NCBI GenBank assembly: GCA_000320545.1
Contig: ADNK01000976.1
Span: 1 to 64,000, forward strand
Length of the DNA: 64,000 nt
Direction of reading: 5' to 3'
DNA from: Bigelowiella natans CCMP2755
Taxonomy: Eukaryota > Protista > Cercozoa
Shown here piece after piece: positions 40,451 to 54,504 of the stretch. Both the position numbers and the translations under genes were made by a program. The first letter of the stretch is position 1. Each line of letters begins with the position of its first letter. The notes under the pieces are model-generated. The model saw only the letters and a list, made by a program, of their open reading frames with translations, had not been told where the DNA came from and did not search any database.

Positions 40451-41173
40451 CTATATATCATGTCGCATGAATAAAACGCATGCGTTAAGCATGATCTATC
40501 TGTATGTTACCTAATATTAAAAGTATCGCAGCAAAGTATATAACGATACATACAGATCTAAAGATGGCAGCCATGCATGTCTAGATGTCCGCAGCGCGCG
40601 TGTAGCGTGTGCGGAACGTAACCACCGTATCGTAGCGTGCGCACGCACGCAATGCGCTTTAGCTAGATCGCAGATGTGCGCAGTGCGCGCCTAGACGTAC
40701 GTACTTGTGCAGTTGTGCAGCTCTAGAGCTCACGTATCGTACGCAGCGGCGGCCGCATTTTATTAGTATTGCGTATAATAATGATATAATGATGATCGAT
40801 GAAATGCAAATGTGAGCATATATCCGCCTGGTGCGACGACGCTTAGTGCGACTAAATATAAATGGACACAACGTACACAACTCTAGGACTAGACAAGCTA
40901 TACGCGCTGCTTTGCATAGCTAGATAGCAACATTAGGATCATCACTGAAAGATTTGGATCAAATTATTGCATCCGTCTCTACATACATGCGGCTGCTGTA
41001 TGTATACGACCAGACGTTCACTCGCGCACGCATGCTACAGCATGGACATGGTAGTAAGCGTATGAAACAAGGAAGCATCTACTTGCATAACTCGATACGA
41101 TGCGATGAAACTGCGATACCTAATGACATTCAAGTTACACACGCATCCAATGTAACATCCTGCGCTACATGAT

Positions 41174-44100
41174 CTAGTAGCCAGATCTACTTCCAGACCT
41201 ACTACCAGTCCTCTTTACACTACCCCTGAAACCAGCGCCTACTTTCCCTCGAGAACTAAGCCGCCCGCTATCATTTCCTACTTTTACTGTCGGCAAGATG
41301 GATTTCCCCTCTCCCTTGGAGCCTTCTCTCCATCTAGACCTATAATCCTGTTGGGAAGAAGAGGGACGGCTCGAAGAGGGACGGCTCGCTCGTGATATAG
41401 GGCGAGAAGGCAACGGAACTCCAATATTTGAGAGAGTTTCTGCCAAAACATGCTGCAAACCGTCGTCTTTGAACTGTGGTACATCTTCACCTAACTTTGC
41501 GAATATCTCCAATAGCAACCTATTCTTCTGCTTCAGATGGAGATACTGAATGTACTCTCTGACACCCTTCTTCTTTTGTTTGAATGTATCACTAAGCTGT
41601 TGATCAATATCTGATAATTCTAGAGATACCCTTTGCTGAATGGATTCTTGCTGCATCAATTGCTTCGTTATATTTTTGTTATCCTCTTTCATGTCTTTGA
41701 TATCGATTTCCATGGCTGCGATTTCGTTAAGCGCTTGAGATAATGCGTGCTTCTTCTCCTCGTTTTCCTGTTGGATATCCTTCAGATTATTCTTTTTGGT
41801 ATACAGTGCGTCCGAGACGGATCGATGCTGCTCCTCAAGTTTCTCTTTGAGATCATACTCAGCCCCATTCACGTCAGCTTTGTACAACATGGACTTGTAC
41901 TTGTCGTTTCTTTTATTCATTTTTATCAAAGTTTTTGTTAGCATCCGAATATCTTTCTCCGCTGTCTTAATGCTTTCATTCAACTTATCTCCCTTGTCCT
42001 GCAATTCCTCTCTCTCTTGAGCAACTTGAATGATGTAGTACGCCTGTGTTTTTTCCTCTTCTCCTGTTTTTTGAAATTTAGCATGAATAGATTCGTACTT
42101 CTGCTGAAGGCGCTGGGCCTTAATTTTTCGCTCCTTCAAGTCTACAGCAACATGATGTCTTGCATCTTCTGCTGCCTTCACTTCTCCCTTCTGAATATCT
42201 TGAAAGAGCTGTAATTCCTCCCTTCTGCTATTCATTTGCAACTTTAGCTCCATTTTCCTGCTACGAAGAGCAAAGATTTTATTGTTGTTTTCATCCATTT
42301 TCTCCTTCAACTTAGATACTTCGAGATTGAGTACGCCATGTTCCATGGTAAGTTCCCTCTGTTTTTTTCTCGAATTCTTCAATTCGCGCTCAAAACTTCC
42401 ACTTTCGAGTTCAATATTGTGCAATTTTTCTGCCAAGATTTTTTGTTGTAATGTGGATTCTTTCAATTGCCTCTCGGCACTTTTGACCTCCGCATCTAGT
42501 CTTTTCACCTGGTGCATCATTTGAACACATCCTTTGTCGTGCAACTCCATTTGCTCACGCAGCTCTTTGATAAGCTTATTCAGGGCTTCCGTCTCTTCAA
42601 ATGAACGCTTTCCTGAAGCACGGTCTACTTTTCGCTCAAGCTGCTGCACCTGAAACTCGGTACCGTAAAGCATTTCTTGTTGTTTCATAGAGAGTCCATC
42701 CAACTTGTGGATCTTGGACAGAAGCATTTTTGAGGCTTTTTGAGCACTATCAATTTCTGTTTCCGCATTCTTTCGTTTCACTTGCACATCCACAAGCTCC
42801 TTTTGCTGACGAAACAAGTTATTCTTCATAGACTCGAGCTCCTTGAACTTCGCCTGAAGTTGCTCTTCATTGCGCGCATGGAGCAGTTCAATTTGTTTTG
42901 ACTTAGCAGAAATATCTTCCGTTTTCGAAATGAAAAATTCCATTTCTTTCCTTTTTTCCTCAAGCTCTACTTCCAATTGTTTCATCCGCTTTTCCTTCTC
43001 AATTTTGAGAACCTCGAAATTCTCCTTCTCTTCGACAGCTTTATTGACCTCTGCATGTGCCTGAAGGAGTTCATTTCGCACGGTTGACAGCTCCTCTTCA
43101 AGCTCTGCCAATCCAGATTTATTTCTTCGCAGCAAATCTCGGCACTTCTCGACACTTCTCTGGCTGGAATCTATAGCAACTTGGGCCTGACTATTGTTAA
43201 TTTCTTCCTGTTCCAGAAATATCTTATTCTTCCTCATTTTCTGCGTCCAGCTTCGCAACTCTCCTTGCTGTTTTTCCACCAATTCCTTTGTTCTTTTGAT
43301 ATCTTCGTCGCGCCGTGCCATAGCTTGCACGGCGTCATTCCATTGCGCGATAAGCCCCTGTCTCCCTTCGTGAGCATCTCTATACTCATCTGCGGTTTTA
43401 TTTAACTCGATCTGAACTGCCTGGGTCTCGGTTACCTCCTGTTCAAATTTATTTCTTTGTGTCACCATATCTCTAGTAACTCTTTCTTTTTGCAGCACAA
43501 GAGAATTTATCTTCTTGTTATCCATAGCTTTATATCTTTCCACAGCTTTTCGATCCTCTTCTTTCTGCTTGGCTGCCAGTGACCATTGTAATAGTTCCTC
43601 CTGATTCCAGTTCATCTGCATCCTGAATTTTTCCAGCTTCTCGTGGGATTGGAATTGCTCTGCTTGGAGGACGTTGATATTTCCCTCGAGGTTCAGGATG
43701 CTCTTCTCCGCAGATTTCTGCGTAGCTTCCATCCGGCTAATTTCAAGTTGTGCCATTCTTCTCAAGTGTTTTTCAGTTTCAATCTCTTTCATTTTAGTAT
43801 CAACTAGACTTTGTGTATGCAGAAGTTCTTGCTCAACATTCTTGAGGTGGTCTGTCATAATTCCCACACGGGTGGTGTTATCTTCAAGCTTATCCTCATA
43901 GCTGCTCAACGTCCTTTCCAGGGCATTCACCTTTAGATTAAGGGCCTTGTTTTGCTCATTAGCGAAGGGAGCTCCAGCTAGAGTTTCTCCGTCATCATCA
44001 TCATCATCACTGAAACGTTAAAAATAAGGCGTTAGCAATCAAGGTCTTGATGAATGTAGATAATGTTAAATTTACGCACTCGCTATCTGAGACCGTGCTA

Positions 44101-44297
44101 GGACCGAGGCCTAGCTCAGCTAGCCCCCTGGCAATCTCCTCGGGGAGTCCAGTTTTTTCATCAACAACCTCTTCAAAGTCACCCAAGCTTTCAATCTGAC
44201 AAAGCAAAATGAACGATTCAGTACCACTGTTCTTCCTAAAAAAGATTGTAACTTATGAGAGTAATGCCTTGGCGTCGTTGGAAGGGTCGCTGCTCAT
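41174..44297 (-). CDS. CCDC39: Coiled-coil domain-containing protein 39 (FAP59, axonemal ruler)
   Basis: 918-aa coiled-coil ORF with PFANEQNKAL, MTDHLKNVEQEL, MNWNQEELLQW..KEED, YYIIQVAQEREELQDKGDKL. Two short 5' exons; the start at 44297 requires a GC-AG intron. Confidence 0.9.
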
Positions 44298-44804
44298 TTC
44301 CTACTATCCTCCTTGTTTACTCCCTTTTTCGAAGATGTAGAGACTCACTCCCCTGTGCTGTGGTCTTGCCAATGTCCGGGGTGAGGTTGGGGGTGCGACC
44401 GAATGGCGTTCGTTTTTGGTCGTTTCCGTTTCCCCCCTAATCCGACCATAATTGCTGCTAAAATTCCTAAATCCCCTACATTTTTTGCGTTGCTCATGCG
44501 GATCTCAACAGATCTCTCAGAGATCGTCGACGCGACGGTAACGGGAGAACCTTTGCAATTTGACCGTGCGACAAATGTATGTGCACAAAAGGTGTGGTTT
44601 CTGGTGTGTGCGACAACCCCTCTTGCTTCCTAAATCTTGAGTCTGTGAAGACTCTCAAAAGGCGAAACGATTCGCGCCAGAAGGTTCATGCCTGATTCCA
44701 TGGAATGGAGTGGGACTGAGTTGGTTCTTTTGGGGTCGTTTAAGATGGAGTCTCTGTTCCTTACTTTATTGTAAACTTAGGTCTACCTTTGAGGCAAAGC
44801 AACA

Positions 44805-45634
44805 ATGGAAAAAGCGCACAGGACACTAAGGTGCAAAGTCGCCGTTGTAGGTCGGTTACTGGATCTCTACTTCTGAATAAATCCTCGAATGAAATATATG
44901 ATTTGGATTGATAAGGTGATGTGGCCGTTGGTAAAACTGCCCTTGCAACACAATTCTGTGACAGTGTGTCTAAGTTCCCCAAAAATTATATAATGGTAAT
45001 AAAACCGTCTTTTCAGCTGTTATATTTGTTGTGATTGTGGAAACATTTTGGCCTTCAGACAAGAGGACTTTCCTTGAATGTGAAGAAAGTTAACATACCC
45101 GATACAAATACAGTGGTAGAGTTATTTCTGTTCGACACAGGAGGGCACGAAGCGTACAACAGTCTCCACAATCTTTACGTAAGTATCCGCCACTCCCGAC
45201 TACTGTCCAATCCTGTGAAATCTGATACAAAAACATTTTGTTAGTGGAGCGGGTCGTCGATGATAATGCTAGTTTTCGATATGGCCAATCAAAAATCGTT
45301 TGAAGATTGCGCGGACTGGTTCAAAAAGTACAAGGAGATAGTCGATCCGATCCCAGTAAAAGGTGGATCATCTAAATATATTTTTGTGATAATCCTGACA
45401 GTCCTCCATCATACAGGGGTATTAGTAGGAACTAAAGCGGATCTTAAAGAAGAAAACGCAGTAATGGTGAATGCGGCAGAGGTGATAGATTTCGCAAATA
45501 GCAAAAAGTTGCGCTACTTCGAGACATCAGCTAAGGAGGGACGCGACGTCGAAGCTCCTTTCCATTTCATTGCGAACGTCTTCTATAATCAATATGAAGA
45601 AGAAATAAAGCATTTAAAAGCTGGAATAGAATGA
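44805..45634 (+). CDS. IFT27: Intraflagellar transport protein 27 (Rab-like 4 GTPase)
   Basis: LRCKVAVVG|DVAVGKTAL..FPKNYIM|T.G..V.IPDTNTVVELFLFDTGG, GVLVGTKADL, FETSAK..VEAPF. No C-terminal prenylation cysteines. Confidence 0.88.
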
Positions 45635-46210
45635 ATCAGTTGTTGACGACATGTCTATTGTGTTCATCAAAGTCGACACTACATTGAAACCCAACTAGCC
45701 AATGACAGCATCCTGTTGAAAGAATATCTTGTTCTCAACTAGTCAAGTTGAATTCTGCATGTGCATGTGTGCGTGTGTGCCTTCACTCGTTGCGATGCGA
45801 TTGATCAACTCTAGAGCTAGCCTGGAAAGAACGTACATGTGAGGGAGAGACGTAGCGTGCAAAAGAAAGGCTACTCAGTGAATGCACAAACATGGTACTA
45901 CTATACAGTTGCAGCATCGTAGGACAACGCTGTGGCGCACCATCATCGTACCTATGCTAGGTAGATAAGTGTCCGTAGACGTAGCGTAGCATCGATCAGT
46001 CAACAATCAATCCAAAAATCTGCTGGTTGGCGCGGTATGAAATAAGTGGTAACTGAATTACCAATGCTCAAATTGTCCATGTTATTAGCACATGCACGCA
46101 GATAAAAGTGTCCTGATAGCGCAGAGCATCACATTGCATAATTTCACGTGCACCTCGCGACCATGTGCACATGCACATGCACACGCGTATGTACACAGTC
46201 GCTGCTCTGC

Positions 46211-46275
46211 ATAGCTACATTCTGAATGTTGAAAAAATGTAAGTAGTTTCATTACACCTGTCTCACGTATATAGG
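46211..46275 (-). repeat. Spacer element, copy H (diverged)
   Basis: Reverse complement reads CTATATACGTGAGACAGGTGTAATGAA..TTTTCAACA..ATGTAGCTATG. Confidence 0.65.
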
Positions 46276-46589
46276 TATTCATGCAATGCTACTTGTCATA
46301 GCTAGCGCAGCTCTAGATGTATGAGTATCTACAATACTTAAAGAAGCAACACAATGTATGGCACTAAATGGGAAACACACGCGCAGCCATAGCACAACCT
46401 AGCTAGCTAGGCGTATTATACTGTAGCTAGGATGATAGTTACAAGGAGCACTTCAACTTTATTTTTGGACCACAGAAACAGAAAAGGTTCGCTGTTTCTC
46501 TACTTTCGGGGAACAAACGGAAGCATGACGGAACAAAAGCTTTGCCTTCTTTAGGTCCCTTCCACCTGCTCAGACATAATATAGAAATA

Positions 46590-46600
46590 CATATATGTAA

Positions 46601-46643
<43 letters not shown>

Positions 46644-46811
46644 TTACGTCGACTTTATCAACTGATGGACACTATTAAAGAGTAGCAAGAAATAAGTTTA
46701 AGTATCGAAATGACTCTCTTCTTCAACTTTCATAATCCATTTATCCATGTTTTCCAAACCTTCAACATCACCATTTGCGTAAAGCACGCCTAGATTATAC
46801 CTGAGTAAAGG

Positions 46812-46848
<37 letters not shown>

Positions 46849-48591
46849 ATCCTTCACCATCAGTAAACACAACGCATTTTTTGTTTTTTTTACGAACAGT
46901 GCTCGTTGATCGCCCCTCTTGGCTGCCCGTGTGTACCACTTGCACGCTTTTCGTTTTCTCATCGCCTAGAGTCAAAATTCAAAGTTAAATCCAACCGCGA
47001 AGAGGTCTTTCACGAATGATAACTAAATCAAGATGTTGGGTGACAACAGCGAGGTCATCAAATGGTTGGTACGATATCAATGGAGAAAAGAGAGACTCGA
47101 AAGATGTCCATTAATATTTAACGAGATACTTCGTAATAAAAGGGCCCATACCTCCTCCTGCTGCAATAGGCCAGAATCAAAGAGCACGCCCAGATTATAC
47201 ATTGACGCAACCTGAAATTTATTGCAATGAGCAATATTTCAATGAAGCATCTCGTCTTCGTGTGCATACTTTTTACTAAATGTGAAAGAAAACAGAGTAA
47301 GAAGAATTAGGGTCTGTCTTACGTGGCCTTTCTTAGCTGCCCTCTTGTACAAACTACATGCCATCCTTAGATTCTTTTCTTTCTCATCACAGCAGCTATT
47401 TTGGCCTTCATTCTCACCACCACCCTTCGTTGCAAACAATCCCTCCCCACCCTGTGCGGATCGGTCTGCTGCTCCTTGCCGATGAAACAGCCGGCCGAGG
47501 TTGTACATCGCGTTGATGTGGCCTCCTCTCACAGCAAGCTCGAGTAGCGAACGAGTAGCGCCTCGGCCAAACTTCGGCTCTCCGTTGCCTGGTGCGTGCA
47601 CGAGTGATCGATTCAGAACGTGGACGGTGTGAGGGCGATTAATCATCGATCGGGGCATGGTAGCATGGGGCCTACACGCACAACACCACACCTTGCATGG
47701 AGGATGAAGTGAGAGCTAGATTGTAATGTGCGCTCGGGTCGCCCGCGTCGGAGGCCATTTGGAAGTAGAACTCGATGGACGATTCACGGTCTTCCCGCTT
47801 ATCAACAGCTTGGAAGCATGCAGTACCTTACAATCCCATCAGAGACATCTTCAGAATCGCTGGTATGAATTGAGAGTAAATTGGGGGAGGGGGGGGGGTT
47901 GGATTTCTTCGCTCTTATGTCCGGTTGTTTGCTCCTGTCGCTTCCTCTGTTTTGGCACTCATCATCATCATCATCATCATCACCATCATCATCATCACCA
48001 TGATCGTCGTCAGTTTCAATGCCACTTCGCTGTGCGGCGCTTTCGCTTCTCCCAAAGCAAGCCTTGTCGTCGGCGGTGCCATTGATATTCAGGGACTCTT
48101 CCCCCTCTTCTTTTTTTCCTCCTCCTCCTCGAGACTTCGGAAGGAAGGAAAGGCAAACTCCCAGGTTGTAGCAGGCACGAGGATGTCGTAAATTGGCAGC
48201 CTAAATAGTCCACAATAATGCATGAGAATGCCGAAACAATACTACGAAGGTTCATCGCTTGCCAGTGATCAAGACAGGCCGGTAGATAGAACAATGGCGC
48301 AACACGCAATGCAAAAAACAAACAAACAAACAGACATTGGGTACCTCCTCGAATGCGGAAATCGCGAGCTGCAGCATGCCTCTTCCGAGATAGATAATGC
48401 CCAACATGTACCAGTAGCCGCCATCCTTGGTATGCTCTGGCAGGGGGGTCGCCTTTTCGGCCTATTAACAACCATACGAACAACAATGATTGCTATTGCA
48501 CGGGAGGTGGTGCGTGGTGCCTGCTGTGTACAAAGATCGTGTAGAAATATGAAATCGGCGAATATGTTAATGGGTAACCGACATATTAAAA

Positions 48592-48668
<77 letters not shown>

Positions 48669-49001
48669 GTGTGTGTGCAATGATGTTATACCCTCTTCTT
48701 ATTGAGATACAGCTCCTGCAACTTAGAGTTGGCAATTCCAAGCCCTGATCGAATTATTCAATTGAAGAAGAAGAAGAAAACGACGATTCTCATATGCGGG
48801 TATACTATATTTTAGACTGGCATTACAACAGCACTTTGAACGGTAGAGTGAGATGCAATCGGATGCTACAAACATACACACAACAGAAATGGCGACTAGA
48901 CAACCCAGCTTGAGGGAGAAAGTCTCTTGACTAAACTTATCATTTAACAAGTGTAAAAGCTTTGTTCCGAGCCCTTCTAGTCGTTCTCAACACGCAAAGG
49001 C

Positions 49002-49032
<31 letters not shown>

Positions 49033-49165
49033 ACCGGACGGACCGAGAGCTGAAGCTGCCTCGTACATCAATCTGGCCTTTCTCTGCGCTCGATGTGTTC
49101 CGTACCCATATCTTGGCAGCAGAACGAGTACCGTTGTCCAAGAAATCGCACACACACGCACACAC

Positions 49166-49229
<64 letters not shown>

Positions 49230-50516
49230 GGAGGAGGAGGAGGAGGGGGAGGAGGAGGAGGAGCAGCAGCAACAACACGGCAGCATCAGATGATTAATAA
49301 TACACTGATCGTGAGAATCAATCATATGTCGTATCGTACTCTAAACATATCCCTGCCGCGAAAAGAATTTTTGCTTGGATTTTCCTGAGATCTTTACGCC
49401 GCTGCTGCTGCCCTGTTGATGAACCAGAGAGGGTGGCGCCCTTCTGCCTCGCCCCGTTTTCATACGGAGAATGACCGATTCCTTTGTTTTTGCCGGATGC
49501 TTTTGGGGAGGGGGTGAGAAGTGACTCCGCCACTGGTTTCAACAGAGACATTACTTGTCGCGAGCGTGTCTTTTCATCCGTCCTCGTCCCTAGGTGTGTG
49601 ACCAAGAAAGAAGAACGAGGAGAAGGAGGAGGAGGAGTTGATGTTTATTATGTTGCATCCTTTTCGAACCGACTGACTCTCAACGTGACAGACATAACCT
49701 TTCATTTTATAGCCCACTATTGCTACTAATACTGCTACTACTACTGCTACTACTACTACTACTACTACACCATTGCAACAAAAACCAACTTATTCGCAAC
49801 AATGGACACTACTACACAGCACGATGCGGATGGTGAAAGAATGAATGATTGAATAGAATGCTGCTATATGCACGGGTGCAGTCTCGACCAAATCCAAGGA
49901 AGTAGCACATCGCTAGTTTGAAGACAGCCTTTAATTTCGAGATCGTTCCATCGCAAGGGCGCTCCTCCTCGCTTCTGCTCTGCTGCTGCTGCTGCTGCTG
50001 CTGCCTTGGTGCTGCTCCTGCAGAGGAATGAAAAGCTTTACTACTATCGGCATCGTCTTTGTCTTTGGCCTGGCGCGTTTTCTCGATGTTGTTGCCCCCC
50101 CCTTCTGTCGACGATGCGGATAGCTTGCAGCAGCCTTTGTCTTCTCCAATAGCAGCCCGTGACTCAAGCTTCCTCACGAAGTCGCGTTTTCTTTCTTCCC
50201 GTGGCTTTATATTGCATCCGCACGTAATCATTATTTTGGCACATATTTAAGCCGTCTTTCCGTAAAGGAGCATCATCTTATGTAGCTGCACGATACCACC
50301 ACCACTACTGCTACTGCTACTACTGCCACTACTACTATCACACACCATTACCAGAGACGATTGAGTGCAGTTGAGATCAACAGTCCCTTCTTCTTCATGG
50401 CTACTATAAGGAGCTTTGCTGTTAATTGCGCTACCAGAGATCTTGGAAAACTCAGCAATAATTTCTAAGATAAAACAATCATATTTTCCGGGTGAATACT
50501 GTAAAACCTAACCCCG

Positions 50517-50563
<47 letters not shown>

Positions 50564-50800
50564 ACCATCTCCTTCGCTTCTATTTCCCTTTATCCTCCTC
50601 CTCCTCCTCCTCCTCCTCCTCCTCCTCCTACCTGGATCGATGTTCTCCCATAAATACATCATGACAGGACTATATCCAGCCCCATTCATTGGAAGAAGCA
50701 AACACTGCTGCTGCTGCTGCTGCTGCTTCTTCGGCATCCTCGAACGTTGGCCAATATCGTTGCCTCGACAACTGCTGCTGCTGCTGCTACTGCTACTCTC
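46590..50800. repeat. Cluster of microsatellites in and around the Sel1 gene
   Basis: (TA)n 46608-46637, 46814-46844 and 48597-48630; (TG)n 48636-48677; (CA)n(CAG)n(GAG)n 49150-49270; (CTA)n 49720-49768; (CT)n 50520-50560; (CCT)n 50594-50628. Confidence 0.95.
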
Positions 50801-51460
50801 ACCGCACCCACTCGATATTCGTCTTCTTTTCCTCCCGCTCGTTTCGTGGATCAGCCCCTCCCTGCTCCTTCTTTTGTTGTCTCGGCCACAGCACAGTTCA
50901 TAAGGATGGGACTTTTGGTGTGGAGGGTAGCTGATGCCTGTATATTTTGCATTTTTGTGTTAAATGGCAGGGGAGGGGTGCTTGGTGAGCGATGAGAGTG
51001 GAAAGAAGAGTGAGCATTGATGCTTCGGACAGCGATGCCATGTAGTATATGATATAGTTGGTCTAGGCTTCTATCCAGATACATTTTTGGTCTTCTTGCC
51101 GACAATTTATGATTACTCTCTTCTTACCCTGGCTAAAGCACTCCAAGCAGAGCTCGAGGCCCAAGCATACCTTTTCATCGACGCATGGTCCATGAAGTCA
51201 GTAGTTGCACGTGGTATGACGACACAGGTATATATTGGTTGGAACGTCCCTATACTATTCATGTTGTGTGTTTTGATGCATATTCGGATATAAATATTTA
51301 ATGATATTCTAGATGTATCGTGGTGCTTTGCACTTATACCACACGCTCCAATGGCCATGTTTGTAGGAAAGAAATGCACAAATTGAGCTTACCGTGCATC
51401 TTACCCCAACCCCGCCTCCGATATCTCTGCGGCAGAAAGCGCATTCCCTGTATGCATGTG
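46698..51460 (-). CDS. Sel1-like repeat protein (5' end uncertain)
   Basis: Repeated SLR motifs AVFKLAMCYFLG, HPRACYNLGVCL, GDPSAHYNLA, GHINAMYNLGRL, AAKKGH|VASMYNLGVL. Stop TAA at 46698-46700. Microsatellite-filled introns. Confidence 0.75.
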
Positions 51461-51919
51461 AGTATGTGTGTGTGTGTGTGTGTACGTGTATGTGTTACGG
51501 GGAGATCGTCTGTGTTAATGGAAACAAGCACTTCTTTTTATCTCATGTGCAACGATACGTTATCAAATATGGTTTGTATTTATAAATGGTAACTGTAGTC
51601 ATGGATGGCGAAGATGGTTGCATTCAAAACGTAAGGAAATCGATTCATCGGTGCAGCACATACCCTGGTTTTGGCCGTTCGAGCGAAACTTTGCCTTATT
51701 GTAGAATAAGGCATTTAGCACGCTCGGATTCTCTCAAATAAAGTGCGCACATGCATCGCAAGCTACGGTTATATATACGCATGGAATGATGCTTCGAGTA
51801 GAGCCACACCTAGCGATTTCTTCATGCGCTTTTTCCTTACACATGATGACGTCGAGCCGAGCTTCCCGTCATTGGGACCAGGCCGATGTTGCCTTAAATA
51901 AATATGTGGGAAATGCAAA

Positions 51920-54194
51920 TCACGTCTCTTCAGCGCACAGAGGGAGTGCTGTCAGCACCTTGGAGATCCCATCTTCGATTTCGTCTGTAAAATGGAAAAA
52001 GTTAAATCACGGAGCAATATTATTGTAGTGTCATTCTCTGTTTGTGGGATAGAGCGAGACGTTCAAAGAAGTGCTGATGTGGCGACATGGAAGTTCGGCT
52101 CGATACAAAGATTTGTTGCCAGGATACAAAAAACGATGGCCGACAGTGCTACCAGCAATAATCACTATCATAATAGTGGTGGTGGTGGGTAGATTCGCTG
52201 CTGCTAGCTACCGGTGGTTTGTAGTGGACATTTCCATCGAACTCTATCAGATGGTCGATAACCTAAGAACAATTGTAGTAGCAAATCTGCCAATAGCGCG
52301 TATACACATGTATCTATCACATGTATGTATATATCTGGTACATGCTTGCAAGTGTGTGGAAGGGGGGGGGGGCTGTTGTCCATCTTATAGAACCAGATTT
52401 TACAGTTACGTCATGATCATTGATTTCCTGCCTGTTGGGGAGTCTTGCATCCACGAAGACCTGCATGCCATTCTAACAGGCACAACGACAATGATAACAT
52501 TGGCAATAGTAAAGAGTCAAATTAAGCACTAAGACCATTTACACATTGCGCGCGTGCGTTCGATCACATATATCAAAATTTTATGAGAAGAATATATGTC
52601 TGCGTGTGAGTTTATGTGCGTGACTGCTCCTCAAATTACTTTCTACTTCATTAAAATTTTCATCAGAATGCAGGTGTAGTGATGTTCAATAGCATAAATG
52701 ATGGAGCTCTATGTTTTTATCGCTATCAATCATGGTGTAGTTGTTGTTTCATCAGTACTGGATTGGTTGAACGATGGTCTTAACCATTCCCTGTCGTGTT
52801 TTTTTTCTGGAGATGAGACAGGGGGAGGGGAGACAAAAGAAAGTTAAAAAAAACACAGAAACAATATCCCGACAATAAAACTATTAAAGACAATATGCTG
52901 ATTCTTCGTTCTGTTTCTCAAGGAATATGAACGTCGCTACACTTGCCATGAATATTGTTCGAAAATCCAAGTTTTTACCTAAATCCTGGACGCACGGGAT
53001 TACTTGCTAAGTTCAATGCAAAGGTCAAGGAAAAGAAAGGGCAGCAGAACGAAACAATTGATCAGGAAAGTTGCTACCTTGGAAACAATGAAACTTAAAA
53101 GAAAAAAGTGTCACGAGTGAGAAATACAATTAGTTCCTTCAAATCTACGACCTGAATCGAAAGGGAGGCTTTCAACTTTTCCAGCCATATTTTCCGAGAG
53201 TTTCCTCTCCCCTCGCTCCGGACCTGTCATCAAGAGGTAATGGATGGGAAAATAAAAATTGTTGCAACCCATAATACGTGAAAGATATTCGGCCTTGTAG
53301 CACATAATTGCTGAGGGTCCCTCGCACAAACACACACACACAAACACACACATAAGTTTGTAAAATTTGCGTGCATGCTGCTGGTTTCTTTCTGCGTTTC
53401 AAGATGTCCGGTTCGCTGACAAATTCTTCTTCAATAGCGATTCAAGAGTGATTATTCGTGGTACTACCGCTTCCTCCGGGATCGCAGCTTCTATGTCAAA
53501 AAGCACGGCCTTTAGTACCTTAAACTCTACGCTAAGCTTGGGGTATCGCGCTGCGTTACACAAGAGGCAAATTTGTTAGCATTAAAGTACTAGAGAACTA
53601 TACAAACCAATCTCACATTCATTTGGAATCTCGTTTGCAATCCTCTTCGTGTGCGCTTTGAAGGAGTCCTCTTGGTCCTGCAGCAAGAAATTCGAACAGC
53701 ACGCAGAGTGTTGCGTATACGATCAAGATGGGAACTTTCGTAGAGCGAGGTTCTTACCTTTGTAAAATTTTCGTGCGAATGAGAGCAATGAAAGTCCGCC
53801 TTCAGATATGGCTCTTGACATCCCTTGCAATGTACGTACCTGGCATACCGAAGCCGAAAGTGAGCAAAAACAAACAAGATGCATTTTACATGATAGAGGA
53901 TGCGATCCTACAGGCTCGTTTCTGGGTCCTCTGCCAAGATGCTCCACGCAATAAATTTTTCCCTATGTGCACGCAACAGCGCTTCGTACGATTTCTCTCG
54001 CTGATGGGGTCGACCGGCAGCCATGAGGAGGGCGGTCGATTAGTTCCGATGTTCACGGTTCGATCCTGTACGAAGATTTGCTTTTTTGAATAAGGGACGG
54101 CGACGTCAAAATGGTATTGTCGCATGATGAATATCCAGCGGATCACAGTGATGCATTCTCCACCATAATGCCTTTTCCTTTCCGGGATCCCCAT
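51920..54194 (-). CDS. Hypothetical multi-exon protein, possible C-terminal RAP/endonuclease-like domain
   Basis: Series of minus-strand exons with GT-AG borders. VFVDARL..HLIEFDGNVHY..FFVSWQQ loosely resembles the RAP motif (IEVDGxxH). Exon chain not fully resolved. Confidence 0.45.
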
Positions 54195-54504
54195 GTGTCC
54201 TACCAGGAATTCCGTAAGACCACAAAAATGAGAAGCAAAGGAGAATTTAAAAAAAGTTGCCATTAGATCCATTTTTGCATTGAAAGCCTACAAAATTGAT
54301 GACGCATGGATCAAATGGGATGCATTTTCTCTGAAAACACAGGGGTACTGTGATTGATGGAAGAGAGTCAAGTGACCAACCACAACCCCCTCCGTCCTGA
54401 AAGGCTAAACTCGAACCAACCAAGAGGCGGTGCTTGCACCACACGCACCATCGCCCTTTGAAAGTTAGGACAGGACATTGAAAAACAAGGAATCATTGCT
54501 TTCA

